Part shown: positions 54,566 through 62,968 of the stretch, piece by piece | Layout: each line of letters opens with the position of its first letter | Numbering within the stretch: position 1 is the stretch's first letter | Assembly (NCBI GenBank): GCA_029941465.1 | Contig: JAPYQN010000001.1 | Location: 1-63,707 of the forward strand | DNA: 63,707 nucleotides | Direction: 5' to 3' | Source: Gammaproteobacteria bacterium | Lineage (GTDB): Bacteria > Pseudomonadota > Gammaproteobacteria > Steroidobacterales > UBA11654 | The notes under the pieces: model-generated | Database searches by the model: none | What the model was told of the DNA's origin: nothing | The model's input: the letters and a program-made list of their open reading frames with translations, nothing else | Translations under genes and position numbers: made by a program

Positions 54566-55081
54566 GTGATAATTAAAAACAGTAAAAGATTTATAAAAAC
54601 GAATGAAAATCCTATTTATTTAGCAGACCGACTCCAAACTGTTTATGAAGACAACTATCATATTTTTTATAAGTTAGTTCTAAAGCCTGCCGGGATCAAA
54701 CCAAGCACTATAAAAAATAATGGAGCCTACCATTACATTCTAAAGTTAAATAATAATTTACCGTCAGTTTTCGTCTTTATTGAAAATATATCAAAATACA
54801 CTTTACACTGCTCAATGAGAATTGAAGAAGGAGTAATAGGTGAACATAAAAATGTTTATAACACGCCTCACCAATTTCGTATGAAGATATACTTAGATGC
54901 CAAGCTACTTGAGATTTACGATATTAATTATGAACCGAGTCATGAAATTAATATGAAAAGTGGGGTTTCAAAAAAAATACTCAACAACTCTAATACTAAA
55001 AATAAACTAGTCAAGTCAACATTCTTAAATCAATGGTTAAAAACACTCCTAAACTCTGAATATCATTTAATCAATTTATGA
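54566..55081 (+). CDS. DUF1249 (YqiB-like) family protein
   Basis: 171 aa with a GTG start. The pattern resembles E. coli YqiB (N-terminal YEDNY..F..L, M.IYLDAK..E, C-terminal FLNQWLK.LL). Support is moderate. Confidence 0.45.
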   Translation: MIIKNSKRFIKTNENPIYLADRLQTVYEDNYHIFYKLVLKPAGIKPSTIKNNGAYHYILKLNNNLPSVFVFIENISKYTLHCSMRIEEGVIGEHKNVYNTPHQFRMKIYLDAKLLEIYDINYEPSHEINMKSGVSKKILNNSNTKNKLVKSTFLNQWLKTLLNSEYHLINL

Positions 55082-56451
55082 CCACTAATCCATTTTCCAA
55101 TTTATCTTTTACTAAGTTATTTGCAGCTCAAATTATTGCTTTAGTGGGCACAGGCTTATCTACAATTGCATTGGCCTTGCTAGCCTATAATATGGCTGGT
55201 GGCGAAGCTGGAAGGGTCCTGGGTATTGCTTTAGCCTTCAAAATGGTTGCTTATGTGTTTTTTGCTCCAATTATTGGTGGAATTGTTCATCGATTATCAC
55301 GAAAAACATTTATGATTTCAATGGATCTCTTGAGAGCTCTCATTGTTCTGTTAATGCCTTTTGTATCTGAAATATGGCATATTTATTTACTGATTTTTCT
55401 TCTAAACCTTTTTTCTGCTGGATTTAAACCACTGTTCCAAGCTGTCATTCCAGACATTCTCGACGATGACGAGCAATATGGAAAAGCTTTGGCGTATTCA
55501 AGAATAGCATATGATTTAGAAAATATATTGAGCCCAACATTAGCCGGCATAGGCCTATTATTTTTTTCTTATACAGGATTATTTGTTTTTAATTCAGTGG
55601 CCTTTGTCATTTCAGCCGTGATTATCTTATTCACATTTCTTCCTAAATCTAAACATGTTGAACGAAGTGGAAATATATTAAATGACATTTCATATGGAAT
55701 GAAAGCATATTTCAAAACACCAAGACTTAGATCTTTACTTGTGATCTATATTGGAATTGCTGTAGCAAGTTCAATGGTGATAGTAAATACGGTTATTTAC
55801 GTAAAAGATTATCTAGGTGAAACAGATTCAAGCCTAGCACTTTTATTTGCTTTTTCTGGTTTTGGGTCGATATTGATGGCTTTTTTGTATCCAAAGCTAG
55901 CTACTATAATGAATGATAAAACAATCACTCAATTAGGTATTATAATTTTATCAATTAGCTTGTTTTATATGTCCATTGAACCCTCATTGATTATTGCATT
56001 ATCGGCTTGGTTTTTAATTGGAGCAGGGTTGTCACTATCACAAATCCCATCTGGAAAAATTGTTAATATGTCTGCTAATCCTAAAGACAGAACAGCCTAT
56101 TTCTCAGCTCAATTCTCTCTTACACATTTGTGTTGGTTAGTAGGGTATCTGGCTGCTGGAGAATTAGTCTTCTTATTTGGATTTGGATTTACAGCTATAT
56201 TTTTTGGGTGCATAGTAGCTTTTTGTTATATATACAGCGTCTTATTCTGGCCTGATGAAGAATCTGGGAATCTTTTAATACATAAACATCAAAGTATATC
56301 TCATACACACACTCACAATCATGATGACCATCATAAACATCATGATAATACTCAGGAAATAACTCATGAACATGAGCATCAACATACAGAAGTAGTTCAC
56401 AAACACTCGTTTCAAATTGACTTACATCATCAAAACTGGCCAAAAAACTAA
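55078..56451 (+). CDS. MFS transporter with a C-terminal histidine-rich cytoplasmic tail
   Basis: 457 aa with about 12 TM segments. The last 56 residues (nt 56281-56448) contain 18 His (HKHQSISHTHTHNHDDHHKHHDN...HEHEHQH...). It overlaps the upstream gene by 4 nt. Confidence 0.8.
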   Translation: MTTNPFSNLSFTKLFAAQIIALVGTGLSTIALALLAYNMAGGEAGRVLGIALAFKMVAYVFFAPIIGGIVHRLSRKTFMISMDLLRALIVLLMPFVSEIWHIYLLIFLLNLFSAGFKPLFQAVIPDILDDDEQYGKALAYSRIAYDLENILSPTLAGIGLLFFSYTGLFVFNSVAFVISAVIILFTFLPKSKHVERSGNILNDISYGMKAYFKTPRLRSLLVIYIGIAVASSMVIVNTVIYVKDYLGETDSSLALLFAFSGFGSILMAFLYPKLATIMNDKTITQLGIIILSISLFYMSIEPSLIIALSAWFLIGAGLSLSQIPSGKIVNMSANPKDRTAYFSAQFSLTHLCWLVGYLAAGELVFLFGFGFTAIFFGCIVAFCYIYSVLFWPDEESGNLLIHKHQSISHTHTHNHDDHHKHHDNTQEITHEHEHQHTEVVHKHSFQIDLHHQNWPKN

Positions 56452-56472
56452 TTAGACTTTTCTAAAAATTAT

Positions 56473-58542
56473 TTAAGAAGTTTTTTCTGGAACCTGGTTT
56501 ATGTTATTTGTATCCCATGATTCAATCAGATCTGCCACCATAAGGTAAATTTCATTTAGGATAGTATTCGATCTAAAATCATCAAATGATTGATCATCTG
56601 TATAACCTAACTCTTTCAGTCTTTTCTTTCTCCGTTCTTTATTTTGTAGATCTCTTGAATTACGATCATTTTTCCTTTGATCTATATTTAATGAAACAGT
56701 ACTAACTTGTTGATCATCATTAAAATCATTAATATCTTCAATCAAGAACTTCAGTGCTAAATTATTTTCTTTTCTAGATAAAAAACTATCTTCAACAACA
56801 CTTAAAGCTGAACTGAGCTCATGTTGAGTTTTAAAATCTAATTTTACAATTTGATCCCAAGGTAGAGTATTAGATTTTGTTTCTTCTCCAATTACTTCTT
56901 CGTTGATAAACGAGGGCAGTTCAATATCAGGTATTACTCCTTTATTTTGTGTTCCCGACCCAGTTACTCGATAATATTTAGCAATCGTTAATGTTAACTG
57001 TCCAAAGCCTTTCTTCGATTGGTATCTCGAATATCTATCAAGTGGGTAAAGGTTTTGTACTGTGCCTTTACCGAATGTTTTTTGACCTATAACAATGCCT
57101 CTTTGATAGTCTTGTATTGCGCCAGCAAATATTTCAGATGCAGAGGCGCTGTATCTGTCAATCATTATTACCATCGGGCCGTTATAAACCATTCCCGGAT
57201 ATGGGTCATCAAGGATCTCTACATTATTGTCCATGTCTTTAAGTTGGACGATCGGACCATTATCAATAAATAAACCTGTTAACGCTGTTGCTTCATCTAA
57301 TAGACCACCAGAATTACCACGTAAATCCATGACGATGGCATCAATTCCTACTTCTTCGAGCTCTTCAACAATCTTTTTCACATCTGACGCAGTACTTTTA
57401 TAATCTTTATCACCTCTACGTCTTGCTGCAAAATCCTGATAAAAGCTAGGAACCGTAATGACGCCTATATGAAATTGTTTATTGTCAATGTCTAGAGTTT
57501 TAATATAACTTGATGCAGCTTGCTCTTCTAAAGTAATATCATCTCGGATCAAAGATAAATCATAGGGATTTGAGTCAGCATCTGATGACGTGGGTAATAT
57601 TTTAAGCTTAACAGTCGATCCTTTAGGTCCTCTAATGAGTTTGACAACTTCATTTACATCCCAACCAATCACATCGATCAGTAAATTCTTTTTGTCATAA
57701 ATACCAATAATCTTATCAAGAGGCTTAAGCAGTCCATTTTTTTCTGCAGGCCCGCCAGGCATAAGGTTGACGATTTCAATAAAATCATCATTATTCTGTA
57801 ATCTTGCGCCTATCCCTTGATATGAAAGACTGGTCTGAATTTCATACTCTTCTGCTTGAGATGGGGTTAAATAATTAGAATGTGGATCAAGATTATCCAT
57901 GTATGAGTTAAGAAAAATATTGATTACATCTTCCTCTTCGTAGTCATTGACCCTTTCTAAGGATCTTTGATATCTTTTTTTAAGAGTGGCCTTAGCCGAT
58001 TCTAATTCTTGACCTGCTAAGACTAAAGACAATAAATCGTTTTTTGTTTTCTTTCTCCATTGATTATCTAGAGTCTTGTTGGTTTTACTCCATGCCTTCT
58101 TTTTTGTTCTGAATTCATAAGTTTCTTCAGCATCAAATGAGTTGATACTATTAACTAAATTTATAGAGTAACTTAACCTTTGTTGTACACGTAATCGATA
58201 GATACTAAACATATCAAAAATAGGGTCAAGATCACCAGATTTAAGAGTATCGTCTATTTTGTAACGATATCTTTGGAAATAGGTGATGTCATCTTCTGTA
58301 AAATACATTTTGAATGAGTCAAGCGATTTTATAAAACTATTCAAAATCTTAATAGATGATTCATTGTTTACATTTTTCTGACTGATGTGAGCTCTCTCAC
58401 TGATTGCCGTTACAAGTTTAAGTAAATAATTATCAACCGGTTTTTCAGTCAATAGGGCAGGGATGCGATCTGAATTCTGACTCCCAACTTGAGATGAGAT
58501 TAGGAAGATACTTATTAGTAACAGCTTAAATTTTTTAATCAT
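56473..58542 (-). CDS. prc: Tail-specific (C-terminal processing) protease, S41 family
   Basis: 689 aa with a signal peptide, a PDZ region and S41 catalytic blocks (RGNSGGLL, DRYSASASEIFAGA, KGT). Confidence 0.85.
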   Translation of the reverse strand: MIKKFKLLLISIFLISSQVGSQNSDRIPALLTEKPVDNYLLKLVTAISERAHISQKNVNNESSIKILNSFIKSLDSFKMYFTEDDITYFQRYRYKIDDTLKSGDLDPIFDMFSIYRLRVQQRLSYSINLVNSINSFDAEETYEFRTKKKAWSKTNKTLDNQWRKKTKNDLLSLVLAGQELESAKATLKKRYQRSLERVNDYEEEDVINIFLNSYMDNLDPHSNYLTPSQAEEYEIQTSLSYQGIGARLQNNDDFIEIVNLMPGGPAEKNGLLKPLDKIIGIYDKKNLLIDVIGWDVNEVVKLIRGPKGSTVKLKILPTSSDADSNPYDLSLIRDDITLEEQAASSYIKTLDIDNKQFHIGVITVPSFYQDFAARRRGDKDYKSTASDVKKIVEELEEVGIDAIVMDLRGNSGGLLDEATALTGLFIDNGPIVQLKDMDNNVEILDDPYPGMVYNGPMVIMIDRYSASASEIFAGAIQDYQRGIVIGQKTFGKGTVQNLYPLDRYSRYQSKKGFGQLTLTIAKYYRVTGSGTQNKGVIPDIELPSFINEEVIGEETKSNTLPWDQIVKLDFKTQHELSSALSVVEDSFLSRKENNLALKFLIEDINDFNDDQQVSTVSLNIDQRKNDRNSRDLQNKERRKKRLKELGYTDDQSFDDFRSNTILNEIYLMVADLIESWDTNNINQVPEKTS

Positions 58543-59191
58543 TGCTATTAATAGAGTCTAAATAATCATCAAAATCTTTCGGCACAGCTTTTTCATATAA
58601 ATTAAGCAGTTGAAGGTAAGTTTCAAAATATTCAGGATCATCTTTCATGTTAGATTTTTTTGACTCATTATTCATTTTAGATTTTTTCCACATTAAAGAA
58701 ACTTGTGACATTGGGTTCATGGGTGCTTCAATATATGCACTATATTTCCACTGTCCATTTCTTCTTACAACAACACACATTATCCTATCAAAACCACTCA
58801 TAGCATTCGTGTTTATAATCTTAAGATCATAGTGAAGATCCATAACAATTATTGCTACATCATCAGAAATAAGTTTTATTTTGACATTAGAATAATCATT
58901 CCTGATTCCTTCTAATATCTTCCTACCAGGTATTGGGTCCCAATATCTCTCTAGTGATTTCCAATCAGTGGGAAAATCAACTCTTTCTTCAGGAATGTAT
59001 ATTGGGTTTTCATCATCTGCATCCCATAAGGATTTTAAATCAGAGTAGTTTTGAGTATCCCAAATTCTTTTAGTCTCCTTGATGAGTTCAATAATTTCGC
59101 TTTCTAGTTTGTCATTAGTTGCAAAAGAAAGATTAGTGAAACAAAAACTGACTATCAATAATGAAACAAATATTATTTTAGGTAATTTCAT
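58535..59191 (-). CDS. Secreted NTF2-like (SnoaL/DUF4440-type) protein
   Basis: The ATG at 59191 (MKLPKIIFVSLLIVSF...) is preferred, because the track start at 59245 would overlap the upstream gene. The NTF2-like fold is inferred from the pattern and length only. It overlaps prc by 8 nt. Confidence 0.5.
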   Translation of the reverse strand: MKLPKIIFVSLLIVSFCFTNLSFATNDKLESEIIELIKETKRIWDTQNYSDLKSLWDADDENPIYIPEERVDFPTDWKSLERYWDPIPGRKILEGIRNDYSNVKIKLISDDVAIIVMDLHYDLKIINTNAMSGFDRIMCVVVRRNGQWKYSAYIEAPMNPMSQVSLMWKKSKMNNESKKSNMKDDPEYFETYLQLLNLYEKAVPKDFDDYLDSINSND

Positions 59192-59195
59192 TATT

Positions 59196-59855
59196 TTATT
59201 TTGAGAAGAAACCAGCAATTTGCTCTGACAAACCAACACATGCATTAGACTGAGTTCTCGCGAGTATAGGGATTGGTATTATAATTGCAGGGATAACAGA
59301 CGTCCCTGACACACTAGCACTAACATTTCCAACAGATACTTCTTGACTTAAATCCCATATAGAAGCCTCATAGCTCGATGTATCATCCCACCAGGCAAAT
59401 CCAAAACAACCACCACCACCAGGGCCAGCAGCACATGATAATGCTCCTGAACTAGCATTTGTTTTAGTTTCACCAGTTATTTTAATTAGATATTTAATTT
59501 GTAATTGATCTAATTTATTTTTAATTATTTCTTTGTTAAGAAGTTTCGGTAGATCATCAATTTTCTGAGGTGCTGTACTCGGTTCAAACCAAGGATAGAA
59601 CATATTTTGAAAATCATTTGTGCTTATAATATTAAATGTATTCTGTTTTCTTAATAGAGATTTATTTAAACAATCCATAAAATCATTTTCTGTTTTATTG
59701 CCAGTATGATAACTATCTGATAACAAGACAATAGATTCACCCTCTTTAATTGAATAAGCAGCGCTTACTTCTTCATCAATTCGTGTGGTTGAGCATCCGC
59801 TGATTATTATTAAAGATATAAATCCAGTAGTTAAAATTTTATTTACCACAATCAT
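59196..59855 (-). CDS. Hypothetical lipoprotein with a Gly-rich Cys..Cys segment
   Basis: 219 aa with a lipobox (IISGCS). It has a distinctive SCAAGPGGGGCFGFAWWDD block and a C-terminal hydrophobic, Pro-rich segment. I recognised no family. Confidence 0.6.
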   Translation of the reverse strand: MIVVNKILTTGFISLIIISGCSTTRIDEEVSAAYSIKEGESIVLLSDSYHTGNKTENDFMDCLNKSLLRKQNTFNIISTNDFQNMFYPWFEPSTAPQKIDDLPKLLNKEIIKNKLDQLQIKYLIKITGETKTNASSGALSCAAGPGGGGCFGFAWWDDTSSYEASIWDLSQEVSVGNVSASVSGTSVIPAIIIPIPILARTQSNACVGLSEQIAGFFSK

Positions 59856-60448
59856 TGCACTAGATTTAATAGCTCTTGCATGTCACTTTCAAGTTTAATA
59901 GTCAGGTTAGCACCGACATCTCTTAGGGCTAAACTTATTGCATTCAGTATTGCGTCATTGCCTTTAAAAGCCCCTGTTAATTGTTCTCCATAACCGGTAA
60001 TAGACCAGTTTTGGATTAAATCTTTTTTTTGATCATAAATATTTATTTTGTATTTAATCCAGATGGAATATTTGTCATTTGATGCAATTTGAGGGGTTAA
60101 TAATTCAAAAGACTCTAAGTTAAAACCTATTATCAGATCAGCACTAGTATCTGAGATATTATCAAAATTATCACTAATATTATTATTATCAAAAAAGGAG
60201 TTTAGAATTATTGTAAAAATATTCTTTTGGGTATCTTGAAAATTAATTTCCCAAGAGTTATCAGTTTTCTCCAATACTTCACTTTTAAACTGGTAATTAT
60301 TTACATTATTATTAAAAAAACTCACGACTCTAAGGTCGCTATTACTTATGACTAAAGGTGGAGGAATAGAGGTCGAGATTGTTATCGACTGAGATGTGCA
60401 ACCACTAACAAAAATAATTAAGTTTAAAAAAATAAGTTTAATTTTCAT
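59852..60448 (-). CDS. Hypothetical lipoprotein
   Basis: The ATG at 60448 (MKIKLIFLNLIIFVSGCTS, a lipobox) is preferred over the track start at 60514. It has ATGA-type 4-nt overlaps with both neighbours. Confidence 0.6.
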   Translation of the reverse strand: MKIKLIFLNLIIFVSGCTSQSITISTSIPPPLVISNSDLRVVSFFNNNVNNYQFKSEVLEKTDNSWEINFQDTQKNIFTIILNSFFDNNNISDNFDNISDTSADLIIGFNLESFELLTPQIASNDKYSIWIKYKINIYDQKKDLIQNWSITGYGEQLTGAFKGNDAILNAISLALRDVGANLTIKLESDMQELLNLVQ

Positions 60449-61449
60449 AAGATTTCTGGGTTCACTTCTTGTGCATACGCTTCCCATGTGCCTTTTGGAT
60501 TTGTTTGCCCCCATCCAGACTGTTTCTCTAATAAATCAGGATGATCTCTTATGACACGGTTCAACACTACTTTAGGTATATCATCAATTGTTCCTGTAAT
60601 TTGGTAACTGTGCATCCGTCCAAATAAACATCCATCAATTAATTTACTACCCATTTTCATCCATGGCCACCAAGGGGATGTTCTCATAAAGCCTGCATGA
60701 AATGGAGATGATTCGATAGAACGATCATTCATTATAGTTTGAGGTATATAAAAGCTAAAATGTTCCGAAGGATTAATAATTTTAGTTGTGTGTGCTTTTG
60801 GCCATTTATCTTTAGTCACAGGATTTGTGTACTCATGAGAATATTCCCAAGTTAGCAAATACTGATCACCAATTGCCTGCCATGGCAGAATAAAAGGCAC
60901 TGATTTAGTGGATACATTAGCGTCAGCTTCATTCATTAATGTTGGTGTATCTGTGGCAGAATTACCCATTGTAAAATTAGGCATTGTTTCAGTAAGATGA
61001 CCTCGCATCATTCTATTGATAAATGGAAACACTTCGACTGTTTCGTTTGTCCACGGATTATGCCAATTATCTATGATCTGCCCGGTTTTCAAATCTGTAA
61101 AATAACCTGCTTCTGTACCTCGAATATTGATACTGCCATCTTTATTATGTCGAGATTGCATATTACCAAATCCAACATATCCAAAAAGAGGGATAAGTCG
61201 TTTTGTCCCTATACGTGCAAATTGAACACCTTGATAGCCTCCATAAGTAGGGGTATCTGCATAGCTACCCCATAATTTACCAAACGCATAGAGATTATCT
61301 TTAGGATTATTAAAATCTAAGGAAGAATTGTCTTTTAAAGAATGACTCTCTGATTTTAAGGGTGATGATTTTGATAAGCCATAGCCTAGAAGGGTAGATG
61401 TGATTAAATTTCTTCTTGATATTAGAGAATTAAAAACAGAAGCAAACAT
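60445..61449 (-). CDS. Tat-signal protein, DUF1838-like
   Basis: 334 aa with the N-terminus NSLISRRNLITSTLLGYG (a twin-Arg motif). The blocks LDFNNPKDNLYAFGKLWGS and DLKTGQIIDNWHNPWTNETVEV fit my recollection of DUF1838. Family confidence is moderate. Confidence 0.55.
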   Translation of the reverse strand: MFASVFNSLISRRNLITSTLLGYGLSKSSPLKSESHSLKDNSSLDFNNPKDNLYAFGKLWGSYADTPTYGGYQGVQFARIGTKRLIPLFGYVGFGNMQSRHNKDGSINIRGTEAGYFTDLKTGQIIDNWHNPWTNETVEVFPFINRMMRGHLTETMPNFTMGNSATDTPTLMNEADANVSTKSVPFILPWQAIGDQYLLTWEYSHEYTNPVTKDKWPKAHTTKIINPSEHFSFYIPQTIMNDRSIESSPFHAGFMRTSPWWPWMKMGSKLIDGCLFGRMHSYQITGTIDDIPKVVLNRVIRDHPDLLEKQSGWGQTNPKGTWEAYAQEVNPEIL

Positions 61450-61457
61450 AGCTCTTT

Positions 61458-62093
61458 TTATTCAAGAGCAGTTTCATTAAATTCATCAATATCTACTTCA
61501 ACTGTGTCACCATCTGAATCAGGCCATATTTTTGTAAATTTTGTTCCTTCCACACTTAGACCAGCAATTATTCCTTTATGTCCAAACACAAAACCAACAA
61601 TTGGATCTTGACTTTCTGTGGTGTCAATTGAACCACCGGCACCATATTTTCCTAGAGCAACACTGGCATCAACTCCCGCTTGCCAGCCAGAACTATAAAG
61701 AAAATCATCCATGGCATCATCGTCAAAAAAGAGTATAACTAGGTCTTTTGCACCAACTCCAATTTGTAGTCCAAGGGAGGTACTAAAGGCTCTGTAATAT
61801 TGAACTTTAATGCCGTCAACAATTAATGCGCCTTCTCCATATTCCATGCCTAGTATTACACCAGCTTTAATCATTCTTGGAATGACCAGTGTACCTCTAG
61901 AGCCGTCAAGATAGGTTTGACTACCTTTTACTTCTTCTGTGAATCTATTTAGTGCACTTTCAATAGCTGCATCGATCTCTAAAGTACTCCTAGCTAAGGT
62001 TAGGTTAGAAAAGCTCATTGAGAAATTTAAGATAGCAATCAATAAAAAGTATTTAATCATTGGGTTTATTTTTTTTGTAAAGTGCTTTTTCAT
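61458..62093 (-). CDS. Exported SYLF (Ysc84/DUF500) domain protein
   Basis: 211 aa with a signal peptide. The SYLF pattern is LVIPRMIKAGVILGMEYGEGALIV...STSLGLQIGVGAKDLVILF...GWQAGVDASVA. Confidence 0.55.
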   Translation of the reverse strand: MKKHFTKKINPMIKYFLLIAILNFSMSFSNLTLARSTLEIDAAIESALNRFTEEVKGSQTYLDGSRGTLVIPRMIKAGVILGMEYGEGALIVDGIKVQYYRAFSTSLGLQIGVGAKDLVILFFDDDAMDDFLYSSGWQAGVDASVALGKYGAGGSIDTTESQDPIVGFVFGHKGIIAGLSVEGTKFTKIWPDSDGDTVEVDIDEFNETALE

Positions 62094-62096
62094 CTG

Positions 62097-62954
62097 TTAA
62101 TCCTTGAGTATATCATTATACAAATCTGTTCTTCTATCACGAAAGAAACCCCATGATGAACGATATTCTTTGATTTCGTCAAGGTCAAATTCATGAATAA
62201 TACATTGCTCTTTATCTCGTGAACATTCTTTGACTTTTACTCCTGTACCATCAGAGATAAATGATGAGCCATAAAAGGTCATATTAAATTGTTTATTTTC
62301 TTCTGTCCCAATACGGTTTGAAGTTATAACAGGGACACAGTTAGCAGCAGAATGTCCTTGCATAACTAATTGCCACGAATCTCTTGAATCATAATCAGAA
62401 TTATCGGGTTCGCTGCCAATGGCAGTAGGGTAAAACAGTAACTCTGCACCTTTTAGAGTCATAATTCTGGCTGCTTCAGGAAACCATTGATCCCAACAAA
62501 TACCTGCCCCTATAGTTGCATATGCAGTTTCATAGACGTTAAATCCTGTGTTGCCAGGATGGAAATAATATTTTTCTTCATAACCTGGACCATCTGGGAT
62601 ATGAGATTTTCTATATCGATCTATAATGGTTCCATCTGCATCTATGATTGCAAGTGAATTGTAGTAAGTATTATTATCTTGTTCAAAAAAACTAATGGGT
62701 AACACAACTGAGAGTTCTTTAGCTAAATCTGACATTTCCATTAACAAAGGGTTTTTTTCGAAAGGTTTTGCTAACTCAAAACGTTTAGGGTCGTTTAAAC
62801 AGCAAAAATAAACGGATTCAAATAATTCCTGAATAAGTACTATTTGCGCTCCTTCATCAACTGATTGTTTGATTAGGTTCTTTGCTTTATCAATGTTATC
62901 TCTACTGTCTTCCGAACAAGTCATTTGGGTTGCAGCAACACTAACTTTTTTCAT
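62097..62954 (-). CDS. aguB: N-carbamoylputrescine amidase (nitrilase superfamily)
   Basis: 285 aa CN-hydrolase with a Glu-Lys-Cys triad context (IVLIQELF, YRKSHIP, GICWDQWFPEAAR). It is adjacent to aguA. Confidence 0.85.
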   Translation of the reverse strand: MKKVSVAATQMTCSEDSRDNIDKAKNLIKQSVDEGAQIVLIQELFESVYFCCLNDPKRFELAKPFEKNPLLMEMSDLAKELSVVLPISFFEQDNNTYYNSLAIIDADGTIIDRYRKSHIPDGPGYEEKYYFHPGNTGFNVYETAYATIGAGICWDQWFPEAARIMTLKGAELLFYPTAIGSEPDNSDYDSRDSWQLVMQGHSAANCVPVITSNRIGTEENKQFNMTFYGSSFISDGTGVKVKECSRDKEQCIIHEFDLDEIKEYRSSWGFFRDRRTDLYNDILKD

Positions 62955-62968
62955 AAAAACTCCTTAAA

